Shown: positions 1 to 11,517, counted from the stretch's first letter. The stretch is 64,000 nucleotides of DNA from Alphaproteobacteria bacterium (GCA_963422645.2 CAXXVO010000007.1:256001-320000); one strand, 5' to 3'. Made by a program: numbers and translations. Notes: generated by a model from the letters alone, not told the origin.

Positions 1-2
1 GC

Positions 3-410
3 TTCGGGCGCGGCCGGTTCGTCTACGATCCGTGGCATTACGTGCCGATCCTGACGCGGAAGCCCGGCGCGCTACGCAATGGCGCGCCCTTCAAGGACTG
101 GCAGTTGCCCAACGCGCTCGGCCGCCTGCGAACCCGGCTCGCGGGCCACGACGACGGCGACCGGCAGTTCGTCAAGGTGCTCGCGGCGGTGCTGGAGGAC
201 GGACTGGAGGCGGTTGAGGCGGCCTGTGCCGAGACGCTCGACTGCGGTGCCTGCAGCGCCGACGTGGTGCTCAACATCCTCGCCCGGCAGCGCCAGCCGG
301 CACCGCCGGCAATCATCCCGACGCCCGAGGGCCTGCAGCTTCGCCACAAGCCGGTAGCCGACTGTCAGCGCTACGACAGCCTGAGGGAGGCCGGTCATGG
401 AGCGTCATGA
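3..410 (+). CDS. istA: IS21 transposase IstA, C-terminal part (5'-truncated by window edge)
   Basis: Frame open from base 3: [30 protein letters not shown]...[10 protein letters not shown], typical IstA C-terminus; overlaps istB start. Confidence 0.9.
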   Translation, partial: FGRGRFVYDPWHYVPILTRKPGALRNGAPFKDWQLPNALGRLRTRLAGHDDGDRQFVKVLAAVLEDGLEAVEAACAETLDCGACSADVVLNILARQRQPAPPAIIPTPEGLQLRHKPVADCQRYDSLREAGHGAS

Positions 411-1125
411 TGTGCTGGAGATGATGACCCAGCTGAAGCTCGCAGGTATGCGCGCCGCTTACGACGACATCCTTGCCGACGGGCTCAAGCGCCGCCATCC
501 GGTGCAACAGATCATCGGTACGCTGCTGCAGGTCGAGATCGCCGACAAGAGGGCCCGCTCGATCAAGTACCAGATGGCCTCCGCCAAGCTGCCGACGGTC
601 AAGGAGCTGGCCGACTTCGACTTCGCCGCCTCGCCGGTCAACGAGCCCCTGATCCAGGAGCTCGCCGGCGGCGGCTTCCTCGAGGGCAAACGCAACATCG
701 TGCTGGTCGGCGGCACCGGTACCGGCAAGACCCATCTCGCCGTCGCCATCGCGCGGTCCTGCATCCGCAAGGGCGCGCGCGGCCGGTGCTACAACGTCGT
801 CGACCTGGTCAACCTCCTCGAGGCCGAGCTTCGCGCCGGACGCCAGGGCCGCACTGCAGACCAGCTCGTCCGCCGCGACTTCGTCATCCTCGACGAGCTC
901 GGCTACCTGCCCTTCGCCCAGGCCGGTGGGCAGCTGCTCTTCCATCTGATGAGCCGGCTCTACGAGCGCACCTCGATCGTCATCACCACAAACCTCGCCT
1001 TCGGCGAATGGCCATCCGTCTTCGGCGACCCCAAGATGACCACAGCGCTGCTCGATCGCCTCACCCATCATTGCGAGATCATCGAGACCGGCAACGAGAG
1101 CTGGCGCTTCAAGAACCGCTCCTGA
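397..1125 (+). CDS. istB: IS21 helper AAA+ ATPase IstB
   Basis: Walker A GGTGTGKT, Walker [33 protein letters not shown] motifs. Confidence 0.95.
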   Translation: MERHDVLEMMTQLKLAGMRAAYDDILADGLKRRHPVQQIIGTLLQVEIADKRARSIKYQMASAKLPTVKELADFDFAASPVNEPLIQELAGGGFLEGKRNIVLVGGTGTGKTHLAVAIARSCIRKGARGRCYNVVDLVNLLEAELRAGRQGRTADQLVRRDFVILDELGYLPFAQAGGQLLFHLMSRLYERTSIVITTNLAFGEWPSVFGDPKMTTALLDRLTHHCEIIETGNESWRFKNRS

Positions 1126-1328
1126 CCCGCCGCCGGCCTCCCTTGCGGCCCGGTTGCCCCGGTGGGCCAACAGGGACCCCCCACGCGGCTTCGCTCCGCG
1201 TAGCGCAGGGCGCCACACGAAGCCGCGCGGGTCCCCCCTATTGGCTACCGGGACAACCTCCGCCGTGCCACTCAGGGGGGTCAATTTTGCACGCCGATCG
1301 GGGGTCAGTATTGAAAGCCGATTGACAG

Positions 1329-1616
1329 CCCGCGCGCGCGGCCGGCCTGGCGGCGCGCGAATCGCAGGTCGCCGCACTCGGGGGAGAGCACGCCCGGCCT
1401 CTCGCGCCCGCCGAGACGCCCCGCGAGGGCGACGGCGTGCTGATGCACGCGGCCGGGCGGCGGCGGCGCATCGGCCACCATATCGGCCTCTGGTGCCGCA
1501 TCGCGGGCGAGCCCTGCGTGCTGCACTGCGCGGAGGGCGCGGGCACGATCGTGCACCCGATCCGCGAGCTGCCGCTGCGCGGCCTCGCGCTCGAGGGGGT
1601 CTACCGGTGGCTGTGA
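1329..1616 (+). pseudogene. Phage tail NlpC/P60 (lambda gpK-like) protein, C-terminal half, cut by IS21
   Basis: Not in ORF track; frame reads ...PREGDGVLMHAAGRRRRIGHHIGLWCRIAGEPCVLHCAEGAGTIVHPIRELPLRGLALEGVYRWL*, with NlpC/P60 GD..L, H.G and LH elements; directly upstream of the tail-tip gene. Confidence 0.7.
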
Positions 1617-4600
1617 CCCCGCCGGCGAGGGAACAGGGAAGAACCCCGCTCACCCTCTCCGCGTGGCCGCACCCGCTGACCGCCGAGGGCTGCGAGACCC
1701 GCCGCGTCGCGGTGCGCCCCGGCCAGACCCTCGAGGGCCTGGCGCGGGAGGAGGCGCGCCGCCTCGGCCTCGACATCGACCGTGTCGAGATCGCGCTCAA
1801 CGGCCTGTCCGTCGCCCGCGCGGCCTGGGCCGCGACGCCGCTCGGCGCCGGCGACCTCGTCATCCTCCGCGCGGTGGCGGGCAACTCCGGCCTCCTGCGC
1901 ATCCTCGGCACCATCCTGATCGTCGCCGCCGCCGCCTATATTCCGGGCGCGCTCGGCCTCACGGGCTGGGCCGCGACAGCCGCCAGCGCGGGCATCTATC
2001 TCGTCGGCGGCCTCGTGCTCAACGCTCTCGTACCCCCCGAGCTGCCGGGCGCGGAGGGCGGGGAGCAGCCCACGCCGGTCTACTCGCTCGGCGGCGGGGC
2101 GAACCGGGCCAGGCTCTACGAGCCGTTGCCGCTGGTGCTCGGCCGGCACCGCATGTTCCCCGACCTCGGCGCGGCGGAGCACACCGAGTACAGGGGCGGC
2201 GATCAGTATCTCGCCTCTCTCTTCAACTTCGGCCTCGGCGACCTGGAGGTCTCCGACCTGCGCATCGGGCCGACGCCGCTCTCGAGCTACGAGGGCGCGG
2301 GCGCGGACGGCGCGGTCGAAACCGAGTGGGCGGGCGCGGACGGCGCGATCGGCCTGGTGCCGGGCAACGTCGATACCGTCCACGGCGCCGCACTGGAGGG
2401 CACCGGCTGGGTCGAGCGCGTGGCGAAGGACACCGGCCGCATCGCCATCGACATCACCGGCAGGATTTTCCGGCTGCGCAAGGGCAGGACGGTCGAGCAC
2501 TCGGTCGACATCGAGATCGAGTGGCGCCTGCCCGGCCAGCCCGCTGCCGCCACATCGACCGTGACGCTGGCCAACGACAGCCAGACGCCGTTGCGCGAGA
2601 CCCTGGTCCGCGACCTGCCCTCCCGTGACGACTGGACGGTCCGCGTCCGCCGCACCACCGAGCCCGATGGCGACGAGTACGTCTACGACGACGTGACCTG
2701 GGGCGCGCTCCGCGCCTACCAGGCGGACGACGCCGACTACGCCGGCCAGACCAGGCTGGGCGCCCGCATCCGCGCCTCCGGCCAGCTCTTCGGCCGCCTC
2801 TCGGCCCTGGTGCAGCAGCGCGTCCCCGTCTACGCGGCGGGCGAGTGGGGAAGCGCGAACCTGCCGACCTCCAACCCCGCCGCAATCCTGCGCTGGTTCG
2901 CGCGCGGCATCCGCGTCGGCGGCCGTCTGCGCGCAGGCCTCGGCCTGCCCGACGAGCGCATCGACCACGAGGCGCTCGCCGCCTGGCACGACTGGTGCCA
3001 GGCGCAGAAGCTGCGCTGCGACTATGTCGTCCAGGGCTCCGACACGGCGCAGCGGGTCCTCGCGCTCATCGCCCGCTGCGGCCGCGCCGCCCCGACCTGG
3101 GCCACGGGCAAGCTCGGCGTCGTCTGGGAGGATGCCGACCGGCCGCCCACCGGCATGGTCACCCCCGGCAACGTCGTCGCCGGCTCCATGCGCGTCGTCT
3201 ACACGCCGGGCAAAATCGCCGACGAGATCGCCGTGCGCTACGTCGAGCCGGCCATGGACTGGCAGTGGAACACGGTGCGGCGCTCGCGGCCGGGGCTCGC
3301 CGGCACGCCGACCTCCACGGCGACGCTGACCCTGAAGGGCGTCACGACTGCGGACCGGGCGGCCGTCATGTGCAATCTCCATGCCGCCCGGCAGGAATAC
3401 CATCGACGCACGATCTCCTGGGAGATGGGGCCCGAGGGCCGCTACTACCCGCGCGGCAGCGTGGTGTGGATCACCCACGGGCTGATCGACGGCGGCATCG
3501 CCGGCCGGCTGGTCGCGGGCACGGCGGACCGGATCGTCCTCGACCGGCCGGTCGAGGTCGGCGACGACGCCTGGGTGCTGCTGCGCGCCGCCACCGGCGC
3601 GCTCGGCCAGTCGCCCGTGAGCGCGCCGGCCGGCGCCGCGGGGCAGACGCGCGAGCTCGTGCTCGACGCGGCGCTCGAAGATCCGCCGGCAGACGGCGGC
3701 TCGCCCTCCGACGTGCTCTGGCGCCTCTACGACGCGACCGAGCCGCCGCGCCGCGTGCGGATAATCGCCCACGCGCCGACCATGGAGGGGCGCTACCGGC
3801 TCACCGCCATCGACGAGGTCGCGGCCTACCACACGCTTGCGACCTCCGACCTCACAGCCCCCTTCCCCGCCGCCCGGCCCCGCACGCCGCGCGTGCTCCA
3901 GGCCGTCTTCATGCCCGAGCGCATCCGCATCGGGCAGGGCGACATGATCCGCCTGCACATCGCGCTGACCGTCGACGGCCCGTGGGAGGGCGGCATCGTC
4001 CGCGCCGGCCCCTCCTGGGACCGCCTCGAGCTGGTCGCCACGCTCACGGGCGGCGCCACGGAGACCTCCTGGATCGTGCCCCCGGGCCAGGGGCAGGCGG
4101 TCGAGATCGTGCCCGGCGCCGCCGACCGCGCCGCCGGCCCGCGCTGGCGCGGAACCTGGGGCTGGGAGACCGGACCCCTGCCGCCGCCGCCGACGCAGGC
4201 CGCGGTCTCCGAACGCCCCGACGGCATCCGGCTCTACACCTGGATACCGCCCGACATCCCCGACCTCGCCGGCATCCTGATCCGCCATACGGCCGGCGCA
4301 GGCTCGCAGGTGCCCTGGGCCGACATGACCCCGCTGCACGCCGGCTACCTCACGTCGTCGCCCTACGCCTCGGCCGACCCGCCCGGGGGGACGTACACCC
4401 TCGCCTTCCGCGCGCTCTCCACCGCCGGCGAGATGTCGGCGATCGTCCGCGTCGACGCCGCACTCGGCGAGCCCCACAGGCTCGTCGCGAACGTCTTCGA
4501 GGACGTGCGTGAGCAAGTCCTCAAGGCGATCCGCGACAATCCCGCGCTCGCCGGCCTCGACGCCGAGATCGCCAGGGCCCGCGCGCTGGCCGAGATCGCC

Positions 4601-5355
4601 TCGACCAAGGCCACCGAGGCGGCAACGTCCGCGAGCGCCGCCGCAGTCTCCGGGACCCATGCCGAGACCGCCTCGGCCGCAGCGAAGACGGAGTCGGTGC
4701 GGGCATCGGCGGCGCGGACCGCCGCACAGAACGCCGCCAGCGCTGCGAGGTTGTCGCAGACGGCTGCCGCCACGCTGGCCGACGATGCCCGCGAGGCGGT
4801 GGCAGGGCTGGAAGCGACGGTTACGGCCGAGGTCGACAAGGACCTCAGAAGCCGCTTCGCCGCCATAGTGGCGCTCCGCGCGCAGGCCGGATCGTCCGAC
4901 GCCGCGCTCGAGCTCGTCGCGCTCTCCGACGCATCCGGCGACAGGGCGGAGGGCATCATCAACGCCTCCCTCCGATCCGACCGCTACGTCCCGGGCGCCG
5001 CCGGATGGATCATCCGCCGCGACGGCAGAGCGGAGTTCGACGCCGCAGCCATCCGGGGAAGGCTGCAGGCGGCTCAAATCTCTTCGAACGTATTCAACGT
5101 CCGGCGCATTTTTTCCGGCTCGGCTGTATTTACCCGCGCGGGCACCCCCATAGTGACGAGCCCGCCGATCGATAATTTCGATACCTTGCTCCTGGGAGGC
5201 TCAGGGCACGGTGGACGGTTCTTGTGGTCGGTATCGGTGCGGGTGGCCGCGCTGAGCACAGCGCGGAAGCAGCTGCAGGGTGTCACCGGCGCCGATGCAA
5301 ACTGGTCGCCCACGCTTGGCCGGGCAAGCTTCAGCCGAGGGGTGCTCTCGCTTGC

Positions 5356-5826
<471 letters not shown>

Positions 5827-5840
5827 GAGATTCGACGGCG

Positions 5841-6464
5841 GTGCCCGGCGTGAGAGACCCCCGCGAATCAACCCCGGTCGAGCCCGGAGAGGGTTCCACC
5901 CCCCCCATTCGCGTCGTCCGCGCAGCCATCGGCCCTCGAGCAATGGCCGAGGTCGAGCGAGCCGTCAACGGGCTCGCGCTCGCGCGCCGGGGCCCCGGCG
6001 CGGACGACTGCTACGAGGCATGGCTGCCCGACGGGATGCTCCCGGCAGACTGCACCGACGCCCTGGACGCCCTCGCCCGCAACTACGCCCGCGAGGTGCT
6101 GAACGCATGCGCGGACACGCCCTCGCCCGCCGTCTGCAACTGTTACTTCGCAGGACAGGCCTGCCTCTGGCACGTCGACCAGTACGCAGGGCGGGGAGTT
6201 CCCGACACCCTCGACCGGACCGTCTCCGCAAGCCTCATCGTCGAACGCGCCGCAGCCGGCGGCGACATGGTCTTCCAGGACCCGGGCCGGAAACGCCGCC
6301 CCGTACGGATCGACCCGCCGCCGGGATCGCTCGTCCTCTTCCCCGCAGACTGGTGGCACAGGGTCGCACCCGCCACCGCCGGCATCCGCCGCTCGCTCGT
6401 GCGATGGTGGGCGCAGTCGAACGGAGAGAGGTTCTCGTCCCTCGCCCGGCCCGACGGAGGATGA
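5841..6464 (+). CDS. 2OG-Fe(II) oxygenase (prolyl-4-hydroxylase / PKHD-like), phage-borne
   Basis: WHVD (HxD), RTVSASL, GGDMVF, GSLVLFP, HRVAP (distal His), GIRRSLV (2OG-binding RxS); start uncertain (alternative ATG 5943). Confidence 0.85.
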   Translation: MPGVRDPRESTPVEPGEGSTPPIRVVRAAIGPRAMAEVERAVNGLALARRGPGADDCYEAWLPDGMLPADCTDALDALARNYAREVLNACADTPSPAVCNCYFAGQACLWHVDQYAGRGVPDTLDRTVSASLIVERAAAGGDMVFQDPGRKRRPVRIDPPPGSLVLFPADWWHRVAPATAGIRRSLVRWWAQSNGERFSSLARPDGG

Positions 6465-6468
6465 CACG

Positions 6469-6989
6469 GTGATCGACATCCAGGACGCGATCCGCCGGCT
6501 CATGCCCACGGCTTCCTGCCGGGCTCCTTCCCCGGCGGCATCGACACGATGTTCGACGAGGCGACATGGAAGGCCTACGGCTGGAACCCGATCCCCGGCC
6601 TGCCGGACTACGGCCCCGACCCGGACGCCAGCCCCAAGCCGGCATGGGCCATGATCGCCGAAGCGGGCGAGCGCGCCGCCGCCGAAGACCTCCGGCAAGA
6701 AAGGGCGCAAGGGGTCGACCGGGAGGCAACCCGCCGCATCCGGAAGGCCTACGGGGCGAGGAGCTGGGAGCACGAGGCCAGACGGCGGCTGCGCGGCGCC
6801 GCCACCGAGGAGCAGGACGCCGAACGCGACCGCCTGCGCCGGCTCTGCCGCGCGCTCCGCAAGCGCATCGAAACCATGGACGCGGGCGCGCTCGAGCGCT
6901 TCGACGCAGCCGACGACAGACACTGGCGCCCGCCCGAAGCCGGGCCCGCCCAGCCCCCCGCGCCCGAGGCGGAGGAGAAGGCGGAATAG
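6469..6989 (+). CDS. Small phage protein, possibly tail-fibre assembly/chaperone-like; frameshift near 6505
   Basis: GGAGG RBS then GTG 6469 (MIDIQDAIRRLMP); one more C in the CCC run at 6505-6507 joins it to HGFLPGSFPGGIDTMFDEATW... (ORF 6549..6989); position after tail fibre. Confidence 0.5.
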
Positions 6990-7041
6990 AACCCTTGCAG
7001 GGGCCGTGCACACCGAATTCCGCGCCCCTGAACGGCCCGTG

Positions 7042-7158
7042 CATGGCCGATGCAGAGGCCGTTTTTCCAGCCCGAATCAGCCCCGAAAATCAGCCTGTTT
7101 TCCAGGCCATTCGCAAAGACTTCTGGCCGCGATTCGCAAAGACTTCTGGCCGGCTACA
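7042..7158 (+). repeat. Element terminus copy 1 (putative transposase-binding sites and TGT/ACA end)
   Basis: Highly similar to 55882-55999; similarity stops exactly after ...GGCTACA in both copies. Confidence 0.9.
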
Positions 7159-7186
7159 CGGGCCAACATCGTTTGAGCTGCAGGAG

Positions 7187-7726
7187 CTAGTCCCGGGCCG
7201 GATACCAGTAGATCGGGTCCGGGCGCTGGTAGCCGTCGGGGCGGTAGATCAGCTCCAGCGTGGTCTTGAGCGCGTCCTCGGTCTGGAAGTAGCAGAAGCG
7301 CACGCCGCGCCAACCGCCGCTCATCACCCGCTGGAAGCCACGCGCCTCCATGTCGGCGATGCAGCCCTCCCAATCGAGCCCTGTATCCTGCAGCAGGAAG
7401 CCCACGTGCTGCAGCCCCTCGCCGTGCTCCTCGAGAAACTCGTGGTAGATGCTGGGCCCCTCCAGAGGCTCGATCACCTCCCAGTTGAGATCGCCGGTCC
7501 AGGCGAGCGCGAGGCGCATGGAGAACTGACCGGGGCCGCCGCGAAAGTGCCTCTCGTTCAGGTCCGGCGGCGCGTACTCTTGGACCCACCAGGGGCCGAT
7601 CCCCATGCGGTCTGCATAGTTGCGGATGCAGGCGTCGAGATCGCGGGTGACGATGCAGATCTGCCGGCTCTGGCCGATGAGGCTGTTGGGCAGGTCTGTG
7701 AAGACGTGGTCGAGCGAAACGGTCAT
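7187..7726 (-). CDS. VOC family protein (glyoxalase / methylmalonyl-CoA epimerase-like)
   Basis: QICIVTRDLD, GIGPW, WEVIEPLEGPSIYHEFLEEHGEGLQHVG, TTLELI. Confidence 0.88.
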   Translation of the reverse strand: MTVSLDHVFTDLPNSLIGQSRQICIVTRDLDACIRNYADRMGIGPWWVQEYAPPDLNERHFRGGPGQFSMRLALAWTGDLNWEVIEPLEGPSIYHEFLEEHGEGLQHVGFLLQDTGLDWEGCIADMEARGFQRVMSGGWRGVRFCYFQTEDALKTTLELIYRPDGYQRPDPIYWYPARD

Positions 7727-7832
7727 GGACGATACTCCCGTCGCGGTTGGATGCAGGTGCCGGTCGGCCGCTACCGGCCGGCCGGAGCGCGCGATCGAGC
7801 GGAGCGAGCGCCCGGCGCTTGAGGGATCAAGA

Positions 7833-10163
7833 TTAAACCGCTACGAGCGCGCGCCAGACGCGCTCCGGGGTGAGCGGCATGTCGATGTCGGTGACGCCGC
7901 GCTCCTTGAGCGCATCGAGCACGGCGTTCACCACGGCCGCAGGCGCGGGGATTGCCCCCGCCTCGCCGCAGCCCTTGATGCCGAGCGGGTTCTGGCTGGT
8001 CGGCACGCCCTTGGCGGCGAGCGCGAAGGGGGGCATGTCGTCGGCGCGCGGCATGCAGTAGTCCATGAAGGAGCCGGAGAGCAGCTGGCCGGATGCCTCG
8101 TCGTAGACGCAGTTCTCGAACACCGCCTGTCCCAGCCCCTGCGCCACGCCGCCGTGCACCTGGCCGTCGACCAGCACGGGATTGACGATGCGCCCAAAAT
8201 CGTTGACCGCGGCGTAGTTGACCAGATCCAGTGCGCCGGTCTCGGGGTCGACCTCGACCTCGCAGATGTGGCAGCCGTTGGGGAAGGTACCCTCAAGCGT
8301 CTCCGTCTTGCCGCTCGCGTCCAGCCCCGGCTCCATGCCCTCCGGCAGGTTGGCCGGTTCTTTCGCCTGCGCCGCCAGAGTCATGATGTCGATGGCGCGG
8401 TCGGTGCCGGCGATGGAAAAGTCGCCGTCGGCGAAGCGGATGTCCGCCGGCGCCACCTCCAGGATGTTGGCGGCGATCTGGGTGCCCTTGTCGATCACCT
8501 TGGCGGCGCCGTCATCGATCGCGAGCGCCACCATGTAGGTGGAGCGTGAGCCACCGCTGCCGCCGCCTCCGGGGAGGTCGTCGCTGTCCCCCTCGATGAG
8601 ATCGATGGCCTCGAAGGGTATGCCCAGGCTCTCGCTGAGCAGCTGGGCATAGGTGGTGACGTGACCCTGACCGGAGGCTTGGGTGCCGGCGCTCAGGCTG
8701 ACCCCGCCGTCGTCGCGGAAGCGGATGGCGACGTACTCGGCAGGATCGCCCACGGTCGATTCGACGTAGACCGCGATGCCGATGCCGCGCAGCTTGCCCC
8801 GCGCCGCCGCCTCCGCGCGCCGTCCGGCGAAGCCTGACCAGCCGGCGAGCGCCAAGCTGTCGTCGAGGATGCGGGCGTAGTCGCCCGAGTCATAGGTGAT
8901 GTCGAGCGGCGCCTGATAGGGCATCGCCGCCGCCGGAATCAGGTTGCGCCGGCGGATCTCGTCGGGCGCAAGGCCGAGCGTGGCCGCAGCCTTGTCCACC
9001 AGGCGCTCGACCACGTAGTTCGATTCCGGAATGCCGGCGCCGCGGTAGGCATCGGTGAAGACGGTGTTGGTGAGCACGCCTTCGACCTCGGCATGGATCG
9101 CGGGCGTGCGGTAGGCATTCGCGAGCATGCGCGTGTAGAGCAGGGTCGGCGAGATCGGCCCGAGGTTGGAGACGTAGGCGCCGAGGTTGGCCAGCGTGCG
9201 CACGCGCAGGCCCAGGAACTGCCCGTCCGCATCGAGCGCCAGCGCCGCCCGCGTGATGTGGTCGCGCGCCTGGGTGTCGCTCTGAAACCCCTCGATGCGC
9301 CCGCACAGCCAGCGCACCGGCCGCCCCAGCTTGCGCGCGGCCCAGCCCACGAGCACGTGCTCGTGATAGGTGAAGTACTTCATACCGAAGCCGCCGCCGA
9401 GGTCGTGGGAGAGGATGCGCAGGCGGTCTTCCTCGATGCCCAGGATGCCGGCGATGACGGCGCGCGCGCCGTGCACGTGCTGGCTGTTGATGTGGAGGGT
9501 GTAGCGCTCGCTCGCCGGGTCGTAGACGCCGAGCGCGCCGCGCGGCTCGATGGTGTTCACCACCACGCGGTTGTTGATCAGCTCGATTTCCACGGTGTGG
9601 GCCGCGGCCCGGAAGGCGGCCTCGGTGGCGGCTGCATCGCCCTGCGCCCAGACGCAGGAGAGGTTGCCGGGCGCCTCCGGCCAGATTTGCGGCGCGTCCG
9701 CCTCGCGCGCACGCCCGGCATCGACCACCGCCGGCAGCGGTTCGTAGTCCACGCTCACGAGCTCTGCCGCATCCTGCGCAGCAGCGAGGGTCTCGGCCAC
9801 GACCATGACCACCGCCTCGCCGACGTGGCGCACGCGATCCTCCGGCAGCATCGGGTTGGGCGGATAGCAGGCGGGGCTTCCGTCCGGACGCGTGAGCGGC
9901 ACGAAGGCATCGGCGATGCAGGGCAGCGTGCCGATGCCGGCCGCCGTCACGTCCGCGCCGGTGTAGACGGCGAGCACGCCATCGGCGGCCGCGGCCGCTG
10001 CTGTGTCGACCGCCCTTATGTCGGCATGGGCGAGGGGCGAGCGCACGAAGCAGGCATGCACCTCGCCCTCGAGCGAAACGTCGTCCTGGAACCGCCCGAG
10101 GCCTTTGAGCAGTACGTCGTCTTCCTTGCGCGGTGCCGATTGGCCGACGCCGAACCGTGCCAT
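7833..10163 (-). CDS. Xanthine dehydrogenase-family molybdopterin-binding large subunit (CoxL-like, not form I CODH)
   Basis: GQSAPRKED, LGGGFGMK, DAYRGAG, GQGHVTT, GQVHGGVAQGLGQA, NPLGIKGCGEAG, DMPLTPERVW. Confidence 0.92.
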   Translation of the reverse strand: MARFGVGQSAPRKEDDVLLKGLGRFQDDVSLEGEVHACFVRSPLAHADIRAVDTAAAAAADGVLAVYTGADVTAAGIGTLPCIADAFVPLTRPDGSPACYPPNPMLPEDRVRHVGEAVVMVVAETLAAAQDAAELVSVDYEPLPAVVDAGRAREADAPQIWPEAPGNLSCVWAQGDAAATEAAFRAAAHTVEIELINNRVVVNTIEPRGALGVYDPASERYTLHINSQHVHGARAVIAGILGIEEDRLRILSHDLGGGFGMKYFTYHEHVLVGWAARKLGRPVRWLCGRIEGFQSDTQARDHITRAALALDADGQFLGLRVRTLANLGAYVSNLGPISPTLLYTRMLANAYRTPAIHAEVEGVLTNTVFTDAYRGAGIPESNYVVERLVDKAAATLGLAPDEIRRRNLIPAAAMPYQAPLDITYDSGDYARILDDSLALAGWSGFAGRRAEAAARGKLRGIGIAVYVESTVGDPAEYVAIRFRDDGGVSLSAGTQASGQGHVTTYAQLLSESLGIPFEAIDLIEGDSDDLPGGGGSGGSRSTYMVALAIDDGAAKVIDKGTQIAANILEVAPADIRFADGDFSIAGTDRAIDIMTLAAQAKEPANLPEGMEPGLDASGKTETLEGTFPNGCHICEVEVDPETGALDLVNYAAVNDFGRIVNPVLVDGQVHGGVAQGLGQAVFENCVYDEASGQLLSGSFMDYCMPRADDMPPFALAAKGVPTSQNPLGIKGCGEAGAIPAPAAVVNAVLDALKERGVTDIDMPLTPERVWRALVAV

Positions 10164-10294
10164 CGCTCCCTCCCACTATCTGGTGCGGGCATGATAGGGA
10201 ACTCGGCCGCGGGCGTCATCCGGAGCGGTCAGCGAGGCGCCGCCAGCGCACAGAAGCCCTCGGCCTCTGCCCGAATCGGCCGCCTTTGTGCTAC

Positions 10295-10444
10295 CTAGAG
10301 CGTATCCGCTTTACGCGGAAACGCTCTAGCGTCTTGTCGCTCACGGCAGCCGGCCTGCGGCCGGCGCCTCCGCGAGGGCGCCGCTAACGCGGCGGGCCGC
10401 GGTCGCGGCCTGTCGCGCGTCCGTCAAAGACGGACGCGCTCTAG
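10295..10444. repeat. ~150-bp palindromic MITE/REP-like repeat, copy 1
   Basis: CTAGAGCG...CGCTCTAG inverted ends, internal hairpins; near-identical to 10956-11105. Confidence 0.88.
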
Positions 10445-10500
10445 CCGGAAGGGTCGGGGCGCCGGTGCGGGCGCCCGCGAGCGAGTCAGAGGAGGAAGCG

Positions 10501-10959
10501 ATGACGTTTGAGGAGAAGGTCGAGCGGCTCAACGCGATCGAGGACATCAAGCAGCTCAAGGCGCGCTACTGCCAGCTCTGCGACGCGGGCTACGACCCCG
10601 ACGGCATCGCGGCGATGTTCGTGGAAGACGGTGTGTGGGACGGGGGCGAAAACTTCGGCTGCCATGTCGGGCGCGAGGCGATCCACGGCTTCTTCTCAGG
10701 CATCTCCAACGACATCGTCTTCGCCGCCCACCTGGTGCTCAACCCGATCATCACGGTGGATGGGGATGCCGCCAACGGCAAGTGGTGGCTGATCATGCCC
10801 TGCACCACGGAGCTCGGCGGCGGGCCCAAGGAGGCGCGCTGGCTGCTCGCGGAATACGACGACGACTACGTGCGGGTCGACGGCACCTGGTACTACAAGC
10901 ACCTGCGCATCGACCTGAAGTTCTTCACCCCGCACAAGGACGGCTGGGTGGAGACTTAG
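10501..10959 (+). CDS. SnoaL/NTF2-like family protein (BaiE/LinA-like)
   Basis: RBS GAGGAGG then ATG 10501; IEDIKQLKARYCQLCD, MFVEDGVWD, GREAI, HLVLNPIITVDGDAANGKW, YDDDYVRVDGTW. Confidence 0.85.
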   Translation: MTFEEKVERLNAIEDIKQLKARYCQLCDAGYDPDGIAAMFVEDGVWDGGENFGCHVGREAIHGFFSGISNDIVFAAHLVLNPIITVDGDAANGKWWLIMPCTTELGGGPKEARWLLAEYDDDYVRVDGTWYYKHLRIDLKFFTPHKDGWVET

Positions 10960-11105
10960 AGCGTTTCCGCCCTTCACGGAAACACTCTGGCTGTTTGTCG
11001 CTCACGGCAGCCGGCCTGCGGCCGGCGCTTCCGCGATGGCGCCGCTAACGCGGCGGGCCGCGGTCGCGGCCTGTCGCGCGTCCGTCAAAGACGGACGCGC
11101 TCTAG
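10956..11105. repeat. ~150-bp palindromic MITE/REP-like repeat, copy 2
   Basis: TTAGAGCG...CGCTCTAG; its ends contain the TAG stops of both convergent flanking genes. Confidence 0.88.
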
Positions 11106-11494
11106 AACTTGCGGTACGCCCCGTTGAGGTCGGCCATGGGGTGGCGGGGGGACATCTGGAACTTCACCAGCAGCTCGCGGGCGAGCATGTCGCGCTCCTG
11201 CTGGTTGTCGGGCAGCTCCAGGTCCTCTGGCACCGAGACCCAGCCGTTGATGTTGCGGTCGAACACCGCGGGCCGGCCTTCCTCGTAGCCCATGTGGACG
11301 TCTTCCAGCCAGTTCAGGTCGGTCCAGCCCATGGTATCGATGTAGCGCTTGAGGAAGGGCGTCAGCCGCTCGTAATCGGGCACCAGGTTCACATCGTAGC
11401 GATAGCCGATGTGCTGGCCGATCTCCTTCTCGCGCTCGCTGTCGAGGCCGCTCTGGCTCAGGTAGTAGTCGACGTCGCCGGTCTTGTCGCTCAT
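11102..11494 (-). CDS. Hypothetical 130-aa protein, last gene of the methylamine-type operon
   Basis: ATG 11494 after GGAG; strongly host-like codon usage (MSDKTGDVDYYLSQ...GAYRKF); 23 bp downstream of the mgsC-like stop. Confidence 0.75.
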   Translation of the reverse strand: MSDKTGDVDYYLSQSGLDSEREKEIGQHIGYRYDVNLVPDYERLTPFLKRYIDTMGWTDLNWLEDVHMGYEEGRPAVFDRNINGWVSVPEDLELPDNQQERDMLARELLVKFQMSPRHPMADLNGAYRKF

Positions 11495-11517
11495 GGCGCT
11501 TCTCCGGTCCTGATCGC

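Larger units (their letters stand above)
1..1327 (+). mobile_element. IS21-family insertion sequence (right part; left end outside window)
   Basis: istA 3' end plus istB, then tandem terminal repeats GGGGGTCAATTTTGCACGCCGAT (1276-1298) and GGGGGTCAGTATTGAAAGCCGAT (1300-1322) ending ...TTGACA at 1327 (TG..CA terminus). Confidence 0.92.

Noticed and set aside
1154-1606. N-terminal 151 aa of the 1412-aa ORF
   Set aside because: Runs through the IS21 end and overlaps the NlpC/P60 fragment in another frame; true start is about 1607
1601-5077. Long antisense ORFs (also 44344..47034, 38898..41522, 47527..49434, 11551..12966 and similar)
   Set aside because: Shadow ORFs expected from high-GC codon bias opposite real genes; no motifs
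7833-10163. Aerobic CO dehydrogenase CoxL
   Set aside because: Has AYRGAG rather than the form I AYxCSFR loop, and no coxM/coxS nearby
10295-10444. tRNA or other known ncRNA
   Set aside because: No cloverleaf, T-loop or CCA; multicopy with inverted ends, better explained as a repeat element
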